A stretch of 21,301 nt of DNA from a bacterium. Lineage in GTDB: Bacteria; SZUA-182; DTGQ01; JAFGSM01. Below the pieces are notes generated by a model. The model was given only the letters and a program-made list of their open reading frames with translations, did no database searches and was not told the origin of the DNA. Shown in pieces: positions 7,723 to 15,548 of this stretch. Each line of letters begins with the position of its first letter. Positions within the stretch are counted from its first letter, which is position 1. Position numbers and translations under genes: made by a program. Where the stretch lies: NCBI GenBank assembly GCA_049472315.1, contig JBLIRN010000046.1, positions 1 to 21,301 on the forward strand, given 5' to 3'.

Positions 7723-9849
7723 ATGGAGACACAGGCACAATCAAAACAGGTGGTCCTGGAAAAGAGGGCGGAGCTTGGCGACTTTCTGAGCAAACTGATC
7801 CAGTCCCTTCTTCGGATCGGGTATTACGATCCGGCGCATCCCGAGTCCTCGAAGATAAAGACGGGCCTTTCCGAGAAATTCAACCATTTCTTTGCCAACC
7901 GGTACGATCTGACCTTTGTGGTGCAACAGGCCGATACCGGGAAAGAGATCCTCCTCATGGGGATCTGCGACGAGCCGCTCAGGATGAACGACCTCATTCC
8001 CGGGGCGAATGCAGGGGTATTCTCCTCAAAAATCACCGAATTCATGGGCAGGAAAAACCTGGTGAGCCTTACCTTGAAAAAGGAGATCACCGAGGAGGAA
8101 TTCATAGCCTTTATGGAGATCCTCAGCCATACCAGCGTGGACGACATCAAGGAACTCCATGAATCCATGGACCATTTCACCCATTCCCTGAGCGAGAAGT
8201 CCATAACCCATGTCTCCTATCTCTTTGATCAGGATGTGGTGGGTTCGGACCGTAACCTGCACTGGCAGGTATTGTTGACCATATCACGTTTCAAGAAGGA
8301 CATAACGATCATTCCCATACTCCAGAAGATGACCCCCGAGGAATTCCTGAAGATACGAAAACAGCTCATCAAGGAAATCATCAGACCGATCGTGAGGCCG
8401 TCGTTGCTTGCCGAGTTCATAATGAATGCCGATCTTCTCGCCAGCGAGCAGATGTCGCTTGACGAGATCGAACCGGAGATCATCGACAATATACCCGAAT
8501 CCGTGATCTCGGAGGTATGCCTGGAGATCCTCCAGCAGAATGGCGGCAATGCGGAAGGTGCGTCCCTTTCACAGGGCTCCCGCGCCCGATCGATCATCAA
8601 AAGGCTGTGTTTCCGGATCCCTGAACATGACGACGGCGAAAAGACCGGCGCCCTTTTAAAAAGGCTTTATGAGGACAAGATAATCGGGCTTGAGGAATTA
8701 CCGAAGCATCTGCAGCTACGATTCAAGATTGAAAAAATTCTTGCAAAATTTCTGGGTGCGGCTGAAAGCTGCATCCAGCATTTCAATACTACCCAAACCC
8801 CTGATATATACGGCCAATACAGGCAGATATTCAAGGCGATCACCCCTGATCTGGTGAAGATGGAAAAGTATAAGGAGCTGCAGCTCATCCTTGACGCATT
8901 GAACGATCACCGTGCCGAAGGAACCGTCCGTTCGGCGTGGGCGGCTGAGGCATTGAAGGATGTCGGGGCACGAATGGCCGCCCTGGGGTTTCATCAGGCC
9001 TATATTGCGGCGGACAAACCGAAGCGAATGGAAATAAACCGGATACTGGTCGCGTTGGGCAGCCCGGGCAAGGAGATACTTCTCGGCGTGATCACCTCGA
9101 GCAGGGATCAGTGGGTGCTCAAGAATGCATGCGATGCATTGGTCCCCTTCGGTCCGGATGCGCTTGATTCCCTGGTATTGAAATTCAAAGAGGGGGCAAT
9201 TCCCGAATCGTTGCTTAAGACAATACTTGCTGCGTGTGTGGATATAGCAAAGGAGATCGATGCGCCTTCCTTTTCACAGGAATTGCTCGATTTCATGAAG
9301 GGCTGCCTCGTACATAGCGATCCGAGGGTGCAGGAAGAGGCCTTGACCCTGGTCGGACAACTTGGCTGCTCCAAGGTGGATGTCGAGGTGATCGAGGCCC
9401 TGAAACACAAGGATGAACGGGTGCGAAGAAGGGCGGTATGGTGCGTGCGGATGATCAAAAGCGCCCATGCAATCCCCGCCCTGCTCGACATTCTCATGAT
9501 GGATAACGGCACCGAGGAGATGGATGCCCTCCAGAAGGAGGTATGCCAGACCCTTGGCGCCCTGGGCAATGTCAAGTTCGATGGAAACCGGGATCTGGAA
9601 GAGGCGCTTTTCACGGCGCTCAGGAGACATCGCGGCAACATTCTCACCAGGTTTTTCCGGATGAGGTTCGGCAGGTCCCGGGGGATCGTCGCGGCGATCT
9701 GTGCCACGCTGGGGGCTGTGGGTACATCGAAATCCCTGGGATTGCTTGAGGAGATGGTGCGCACCAAGCTGAAGATCGTGCGGGATGAGGCAGAAAAGGC
9801 CCTTAATGCAATAAAGGAGCGGCAGCAGGCCCCCGCTACCGGCTCTTGA
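7723..9849 (+). CDS. HEAT-repeat-containing all-helical protein
   Basis: 708 aa ORF with GGGAGG RBS; C-terminal HEAT/PBS-like units (HSDPRVQEEALTLVG, HKDERVRRRAV, AICATLGAVG, VRDEAEKAL); N-terminal YYDPAHP motif. Confidence 0.8.
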   Translation: METQAQSKQVVLEKRAELGDFLSKLIQSLLRIGYYDPAHPESSKIKTGLSEKFNHFFANRYDLTFVVQQADTGKEILLMGICDEPLRMNDLIPGANAGVFSSKITEFMGRKNLVSLTLKKEITEEEFIAFMEILSHTSVDDIKELHESMDHFTHSLSEKSITHVSYLFDQDVVGSDRNLHWQVLLTISRFKKDITIIPILQKMTPEEFLKIRKQLIKEIIRPIVRPSLLAEFIMNADLLASEQMSLDEIEPEIIDNIPESVISEVCLEILQQNGGNAEGASLSQGSRARSIIKRLCFRIPEHDDGEKTGALLKRLYEDKIIGLEELPKHLQLRFKIEKILAKFLGAAESCIQHFNTTQTPDIYGQYRQIFKAITPDLVKMEKYKELQLILDALNDHRAEGTVRSAWAAEALKDVGARMAALGFHQAYIAADKPKRMEINRILVALGSPGKEILLGVITSSRDQWVLKNACDALVPFGPDALDSLVLKFKEGAIPESLLKTILAACVDIAKEIDAPSFSQELLDFMKGCLVHSDPRVQEEALTLVGQLGCSKVDVEVIEALKHKDERVRRRAVWCVRMIKSAHAIPALLDILMMDNGTEEMDALQKEVCQTLGALGNVKFDGNRDLEEALFTALRRHRGNILTRFFRMRFGRSRGIVAAICATLGAVGTSKSLGLLEEMVRTKLKIVRDEAEKALNAIKERQQAPATGS

Positions 9850-12800
9850 ACAACTGCTTGAGCATCTCCGTGCCCTTTTCCTTGATCAGGTTTTTCGCTG
9901 CATCCTTTACCAGTCCGCTCAGGGTTTCATCCAGCGATTTTCGTGATATTCGGGGTTTTGTCGCCGGGCCCTCGATCGATACCTTCAGACGAGAATCCTT
10001 AACGTATTTGTATACATCCTGGCTCACCATCCCTTCGGTCACCGGCACCTCCGCCACATAGTCAACGGTCCCATCCAGGGTCACCGAACCGGAGAGGATG
10101 ATTTCATACCCGCTCGATCGGATGGTCAATGGTGACGGCTGAATGCGGCCGTCCCTGCAAGTGAAGGAAACCGTCTGATCCGGAATCCGTGCAGGCGATG
10201 GCTCGAGCCTGATGATTTCAAGGAGCGATCCCAGGAGCCCGGAGGGCACCAGTTCCACCCCCTTCAGCTCCATATCGCCGGCGATCACCATGTCTTTCTT
10301 CATGTTTTCGTTCAGGGGGACCCTGCACTGCTTCAGCAGCAGGCCCAACCGCCCCCCCATGATCGCGCACCCGCGAAAAACGGGATGGACCAGGGCAAGG
10401 AGCTCGGTGGCCATCTCATCAGTAAGGTTCACGTTTTGAAGGACCTTGGAATCCTTCGCCACGAACAGGACGGGTGTTTGACCCCTGAGGTCCAGGATAG
10501 GGGCAATGGCAAGATCTCCTTCATTGACCTTCGTGGAGAGGTCCACCCGGGCCTTGGAATCCTCAGCGGAAAGCTGTGCCTGCATATCGCGGGCCTCGAT
10601 GCCGAATGCCTTGAGCCGTTCGATCCGGAGGCCGGCTGAGGCGCGCATGCCCTTGAGGATATCGGTCCAGGTCTTTCCGGCAAGGGATGTTTCCGCGGAA
10701 AATTCTTGGCTGCTTGTTCCTTCGATGTCAAGACGTATACCGGACAGCGCGGCCAGGATCTCACCCATACGCGCAAAATCGCATCCCAGTTGCCCGCTCA
10801 CCGAAAGGTCCTTCGTTGTGTCCAGATTGGTCAGTTTCCCGGAGCCGGTTATCTCGATGGGGTACGTCTGTATCCGGATGGAATCGAGTATCAGGTTGTC
10901 CGCTGCTTCGTTGAGCCTGGCAATCAGGCCGATCTGTGCCGATTCCTCCTCGATCACCCGCTTTTCGGCATTTGTGAATTTGATATCCTTGAGTAGGACA
11001 GTCGTTTCCATCCGCTGCAACTGCCCTTCAGGGGCGGCCTTGATGGTGCAGGTTGCATTTCCCGAGAGGGAGGACCCCTTTGGTATGGGCGAGGGCGAGA
11101 AGGTCGTGGACACCAGGGGTGCAAGGTTGAGCTCTGCCACCGCCTCACCCGTTAAGCCTGAAGGGAGCGTTTTCCAATCACGGATCTCCGCCTTCGGGAT
11201 GGTGACCGTTCCGGCGGAAAATCGCAGGCTCAGGTCACGGATTGAGGCCTTACGGTCAGATGGCTCGATTATGGCCGCAGTGCTCAGTGTGACGGAGGGC
11301 TCGGAAATCCTGGTGGCGCCGGAAACAAGGAGAAGGTTTGTTATGTCCGCGGCAATCTTAAATTCATTATTATTCCCTTCCAAGACGCCGGCGGTGCAGT
11401 CCAATCGGAGCGTCCCCGCTGCATCGACGTCCGGCTTTATGATGCCGATGCCCCCGGCGATCCGCGCCGCCTGCCCCATATCAACCGTCATCCGTGCCTG
11501 TGCATTATGAAGCACAACGCTCATAATTCGTTCGATCTTAAGGCTCTCTAAGGATAAGTCCGCAGAGAGAACGGATGAGATGATTTTGAGACTGAGGTCA
11601 TGAACCTCATCTTTTGCCGTGCCCTTCTCGTAGAAATTGAGCCGGAACGAGAGGTCTGCCTGCACCGAATCCTGCCGAATCGGTTTCGGGGTGATCCCCA
11701 TCAGAGAGAGGTTTGTGGAGAGCGTGGAAACGCTGCACGTCTTGCTGAACCTGTCCATAGTCTTCAGGCGAAGGTGCGCGTTTGTCGAGCCTGATGCATG
11801 GAATGCCCCAAGGTCGACGTATGTGCCCAGCTCCGTGGTAAGGGTGTCAAGATCGATCGTCATATCTATCTGTGCATTGTTGGGGTCCCCCTGGCCGCTC
11901 ATATGTGCAAAGGATGAGGTAAGGGTCATGCGTTCAAGCATCGGCCCCTGTTTCGTCATTGCCGCCCGTGCGGAGAGGATGATGGGTGCATCGAGGGCGA
12001 AGGTCTTCCGCCCCTGGATCCCTTGAACATTCGAGACCTCCGCATCCGCGGAAAGGTCCATTTTTTCTCCGGAGGAGGAAACGGCGGTGGTGAAGCCGAG
12101 GTCGCCGCTCGTCATGCGCATTCCCTCCTTTATCTTGAGGGTCCGGGGGATCTCCGAGAAGATGCGTGCAATATCCACGTTCCCCTTGGCGGAAACGGTG
12201 CCTGCAGGATATGCCGCGCCTTCGTCGCGGAGGTCGCCCGCAGCTGTGATATGTGCAAAAGGGGCATCGAAGGTGAAGTCGTCCACCCGGATGCCTTGAC
12301 CCTCCCTGCGCATCTTGAAATTCAGGTGCACTGAATCGAAGGATGGGGTATCATCCCCCAGGGGCCCGCCGGTCATGTTCAGGGATGCGAGGTGCATGCG
12401 GCCGTCGAGGGAGGCATGTTCGAGCCCCTCGATAGTCGCGGCTATGGTGCAATCCATTGTTCCGTTTATCTCCGGCAGGGGTGTAAAGAACCCCGCCACC
12501 TCGCTCACCGGCCCCAGGTCGAATGCGGACAGGTCGATGTGGATCTCGCCCTGTGCCCTGTCGGGGTCGAATCCACCCGTATCGAATATCCTGGCCACGG
12601 CATTTCCGTGAACCTGGCCGCGGTTTCCCCCCTGCACTGCGGTAAAATCGAGGGTGATGGGTTTGTCTAGGTCATTGACCGCCAGGTCCACGTTGACCTT
12701 TTCAAGCAGCAGGGGATTTTTTCCTTCCTCTGTCCTTGCCTCGACCCTTCCATCCCGTATGACGAACAACCCCTTTATACGCATGCCCAAAGGGAGACCT

Positions 12801-13216
12801 CCCGAGGGCTTTCGGTGGACCTCCTTTTCAGCGGAGGGCCTTTGCAGCAGTACCGATGCATCGGGTTCCATCAGGAGAACGGTGCCGAGATCCCTGGGGC
12901 TCCACAATAGGCGAATGAGTCCAGAGGACATGGACATTCGGGCCGCCCGCATCGTTGTTCCCCTTCCGTCATCGAACTCGATGTCCTCCACCTTGATGCC
13001 TGAAAACCACCCCAGGGACCAGGATTGGATATTCAGAGAGCCTTTCATGGCATTCTGGACCCTGGCAAGGACTACCCTGCGAACAGGCCGCAGTGAAAGG
13101 AGGGTAGGGGTGACGGCGGCGAGCAGGAAAAGACAAACGCCGGCAGCGAGCAATGAGTAGGCAATGATGCGGATGATGCGCCCCTTGCGGGGTTCTCCTC
13201 CCTTTTGCTGTGTCAT
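9836..13216 (-). CDS. AsmA-like / DUF748-type inner-membrane-anchored periplasmic beta-rich protein
   Basis: 1126 aa; single N-terminal TM helix followed by SLGWFSGIKVEDI; long beta-strand pattern; AsmA-like C-terminus (LSGSVTLDGTVDY…IEGPATKPRI); RBS AAAGGAGA. Confidence 0.8.
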   Translation of the reverse strand: MTQQKGGEPRKGRIIRIIAYSLLAAGVCLFLLAAVTPTLLSLRPVRRVVLARVQNAMKGSLNIQSWSLGWFSGIKVEDIEFDDGRGTTMRAARMSMSSGLIRLLWSPRDLGTVLLMEPDASVLLQRPSAEKEVHRKPSGGLPLGMRIKGLFVIRDGRVEARTEEGKNPLLLEKVNVDLAVNDLDKPITLDFTAVQGGNRGQVHGNAVARIFDTGGFDPDRAQGEIHIDLSAFDLGPVSEVAGFFTPLPEINGTMDCTIAATIEGLEHASLDGRMHLASLNMTGGPLGDDTPSFDSVHLNFKMRREGQGIRVDDFTFDAPFAHITAAGDLRDEGAAYPAGTVSAKGNVDIARIFSEIPRTLKIKEGMRMTSGDLGFTTAVSSSGEKMDLSADAEVSNVQGIQGRKTFALDAPIILSARAAMTKQGPMLERMTLTSSFAHMSGQGDPNNAQIDMTIDLDTLTTELGTYVDLGAFHASGSTNAHLRLKTMDRFSKTCSVSTLSTNLSLMGITPKPIRQDSVQADLSFRLNFYEKGTAKDEVHDLSLKIISSVLSADLSLESLKIERIMSVVLHNAQARMTVDMGQAARIAGGIGIIKPDVDAAGTLRLDCTAGVLEGNNNEFKIAADITNLLLVSGATRISEPSVTLSTAAIIEPSDRKASIRDLSLRFSAGTVTIPKAEIRDWKTLPSGLTGEAVAELNLAPLVSTTFSPSPIPKGSSLSGNATCTIKAAPEGQLQRMETTVLLKDIKFTNAEKRVIEEESAQIGLIARLNEAADNLILDSIRIQTYPIEITGSGKLTNLDTTKDLSVSGQLGCDFARMGEILAALSGIRLDIEGTSSQEFSAETSLAGKTWTDILKGMRASAGLRIERLKAFGIEARDMQAQLSAEDSKARVDLSTKVNEGDLAIAPILDLRGQTPVLFVAKDSKVLQNVNLTDEMATELLALVHPVFRGCAIMGGRLGLLLKQCRVPLNENMKKDMVIAGDMELKGVELVPSGLLGSLLEIIRLEPSPARIPDQTVSFTCRDGRIQPSPLTIRSSGYEIILSGSVTLDGTVDYVAEVPVTEGMVSQDVYKYVKDSRLKVSIEGPATKPRISRKSLDETLSGLVKDAAKNLIKEKGTEMLKQLFKSR

Positions 13217-13348
13217 CGGTTCTCCTTTCTCTGAGGCCGTTCATCGTTTATGCGGATTGCGGCTGATCGCAGCAATATCCGCATCACCATTCAATCATAT
13301 ATGCAACCGGGTTTCCCTTGCAATAGAGGGACAGGGTGCATGGTAATC

Positions 13349-13515
13349 CTTTATCAGGCGAAGCGAAGCGGAGCACTAAGCACCCCGTTGCATTCACCAA
13401 TAGGGCCTGAAACCAAACTTTATCAGGCGAAGCGAAGCGGAGCACTAAGCACCCCGTTGCATTCACCAATAGGGCCTGAAACCAACCTTTATCAGGCAAA
13501 GCGAAGTGGGGAGCA
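13349..13515 (+). repeat. Intergenic 69-bp tandem repeat, two near-identical units plus a partial third
   Basis: CTTTATCAGGC starts at 13349, 13418 and 13487; unit is CTTTATCAGGCGAAGCGAAGCGGAGCACTAAGCACCCCGTTGCATTCACCAATAGGGCCTGAAACCAA[AC]. Confidence 0.95.
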
Positions 13516-13811
13516 GGTTGGACCTGCAGCAGGCACAATAATTTTTTGGAGTTGGACATCCTCGAGGGAATATTTTAATATCGTATAGTTTCGATTTTCG
13601 ATCACACGCAAATCGCTCACCCGCTCTATTCGACCCTGCACCTAAACAGTCGATCAACCCTGTATCCGTCAGATTATTCAGTTCAAGATAAAAAGACAGC
13701 ATATCAGCTCCTGTGGCCGGTCAGGTACCTATGCGCTAATACTTCCATAGAAGAGCGGATGTAGTCCTTGAAAACAGGCGGTACTGCTCGGCGGCGGCAT
13801 TTCCCCTGCTT

Positions 13812-13827
13812 TGGCACAATTTTTGAA
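13812..13827 (+). promoter_or_regulatory. Possible sigma54 element upstream of cytochrome c3
   Basis: TGGCAC-AATTT-TTGAA; the -12 GC is replaced by GA. Confidence 0.25.
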
Positions 13828-13978
13828 GTTGCATAATCATATGTGCAGACCATGTAACACATGCCCGCGAAGATCCTTATGCAAGGGTCATCACAGAAGG
13901 GGAGGGGCGGGGAAATCTCTCTCATGGAAGGTAAGCAGGGTGAAAACGTCTAACTCAACGAACAGAAGGGGGATGTGA

Positions 13979-14419
13979 ATGATGAGAAAGGGATTCGGAT
14001 ATGGTTTCATGGCATGGATGATCATTGCCGTGCTATTTATTGCATTGGCGCCCGATCCGGTAGGTGCCCAGGAACCCGGTGCCCGTATGGTGAAGATTCC
14101 GGAAAAGGTGCTGGTCACGGTCCCTGAAGGTACAAAGATGACAAAGGGGCAGGTGGCATTTCCTCATCAGACACACAGCCCTCGTGATTGCACCGTATGC
14201 CATCACAAGGTCTATGATACGTTGACCGTTGGGAACTGCTCAATGGAGGGGTGCCATGCAAACACCACAACGAAAAGCGGTACCGATTCCTTTTATGCCG
14301 CATTCCATGCCAAGGCGGACACGGTGACCAGGAGCTGCGTTGATTGTCATAGGCAGACAAAGAATGAGGGGAATCCTTCGGGTCCGACCATCTGCAATGA
14401 TTGCCACCAGAAGGAATAA
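13979..14419 (+). CDS. Class III tetraheme cytochrome c3
   Basis: Signal peptide; FPHQTH distal His pair; four heme sites CTVCHH, CSMEGCH (CX4CH), CVDCH and CNDCH; AAFH distal ligand; RBS GAAGGGGG. Confidence 0.93.
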   Translation: MMRKGFGYGFMAWMIIAVLFIALAPDPVGAQEPGARMVKIPEKVLVTVPEGTKMTKGQVAFPHQTHSPRDCTVCHHKVYDTLTVGNCSMEGCHANTTTKSGTDSFYAAFHAKADTVTRSCVDCHRQTKNEGNPSGPTICNDCHQKE

Positions 14420-14466
14420 TGATCGCAATGCCCGCGTTCGCCTCGGATACGGCCAGGGAAAATAGA

Positions 14467-14509
14467 AAACCCGTCAAGAATGACAGGTGCCTGCACTCTT
14501 GACGGGTTT
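14467..14509. terminator. Intrinsic terminator between convergent genes, possibly bidirectional
   Basis: 13-bp perfect stem AAACCCGTCAAGA/TCTTGACGGGTTT; the minus strand is followed by a T-rich tract. Confidence 0.8.
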
Positions 14510-14516
14510 CTGGATC

Positions 14517-15014
14517 TTAGAACAGACGAGGCATTCCGGAAAGATCGATGAGACCAAGAAACTGTGCCGCAAGTACATTGCTCCAATCCGCATTCGGGAA
14601 CTGGTTCTGCCAGAACGTCGTCGCCCCCAGGTACGGTGCTATTTGTAGATACGGAGCCTGAAATACATAGCCGGTCCCTTGAAGGGGCAGAGGGTAATAG
14701 ATGTTTTGGGCCCCGAAGGGACTCATTCCCAATCCATAGGATCCATAGGCCCCATAGGGAAGAATGCCCCCATAGGGATATATTCCCCCATAGGGGTATA
14801 TTCCTCCATAGGCTCCATACGACGGATACTGCAACCCATAGGGGCTTGCATAGGGTGAGCCGTATAATCCGTACGTCCCGTATGGAAGGAATTGAGCGGT
14901 TCTGGTCTCGTCATCCTCCGTATCAACCTCAGATCGGACAGGAGCAACAGAAACGATAAACATCAATACTGCACACAGTACAACGAGTAAGCACAACGAC
15001 TTTTTAAGGTTCAT
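14517..15014 (-). CDS. Small secreted Gly/Tyr/Pro-rich low-complexity protein (165 aa)
   Basis: Start reassigned to ATG 15014 (RBS AAAGGGGGG upstream); signal peptide MNLKKSLCLLVVLCAVLMFIVSVAPVRS; acidic segment EVDTEDDE; YGGIYP repeats; terminator immediately after the stop. Confidence 0.85.
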   Translation of the reverse strand: MNLKKSLCLLVVLCAVLMFIVSVAPVRSEVDTEDDETRTAQFLPYGTYGLYGSPYASPYGLQYPSYGAYGGIYPYGGIYPYGGILPYGAYGSYGLGMSPFGAQNIYYPLPLQGTGYVFQAPYLQIAPYLGATTFWQNQFPNADWSNVLAAQFLGLIDLSGMPRLF

Positions 15015-15120
15015 GAAGTATCCCCCCTTTCTCACATATATTAGACTATTGAAAATGGGATTTCCTTATTCTCGTTTTTTTCATCATGGCATAGGGATAT
15101 GGTTTCGCTCGGACAGGGAT

Positions 15121-15315
15121 TCCTGATTGGTGAATACAAAGAGGAGCATAGTAGCCTCGCTGCGCTCAGCCTGACAGAGTTTTGTTTGTGCTCCGCTGCG
15201 CCCGGCGTGACCAGATTTTGTTTTGAGCCTGTTTGGTGAATGCAAAGGGGAGCATAGTGCTCCGCCTCACAAAGTTTGGTTGTAGCTTCGCCATGCTCCG
15301 CCTGACAGGGTTTTG
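15121..15315 (-). repeat. Degenerate cluster of the same repeat family as 13349-13515, in inverted orientation
   Basis: Reverse complement contains AACCAAACTTTGTGAGGCGGAGCACTATGCTCCCCTTTGCATTCACCAA and AAAACTCTGTCAGGCTGAGCGCAGCGAGGCTACTATGCTCCTCTTTGTATTCACCAAT, both alignable to the 69-bp unit. Confidence 0.85.
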
Positions 15316-15548
15316 GGTGCGGGTTTGAGCATTGACATTTGTGATGTAACCATATATACACATATTCTATTCAAGGCGAATGTGTCCGGCCGCAGGCAGG
15401 GTTTCCCTACGTTGTCTGCGTGTTTATGGTGCACTATGCCTTTGTGCGCCAAACGGCGTCAAGGGTTCTTCACATGGTTTCTTGAGATGGAATCGCTTGA
15501 TCAATCGAAAGGATAGGAGAGGAGTCTTCCATACGCACGTTTGACGAC

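Noticed and set aside
10506..11510. 334-aa plus-strand ORF
   Set aside because: Antisense shadow of the AsmA-like gene
13349..13515. CRISPR array
   Set aside because: The units are identical over nearly their whole length with no unique spacers, and no cas genes are present
13250..13588. ORF with LYQAKRSG repeats, and its antisense ORF 13284-13559
   Set aside because: The frame is open because 69 is a multiple of 3; no RBS, and the related copies near 15121-15315 have indels
14517..15014. RiPP precursor
   Set aside because: It has a Sec-type signal peptide, and no radical SAM, YcaO, P450 or lanthipeptide enzyme is in the window
15015..15035. ORF-track start MRKGGYF for the small protein
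   Set aside because: That stretch contains the RBS; ATG 15014 gives a clean signal peptide
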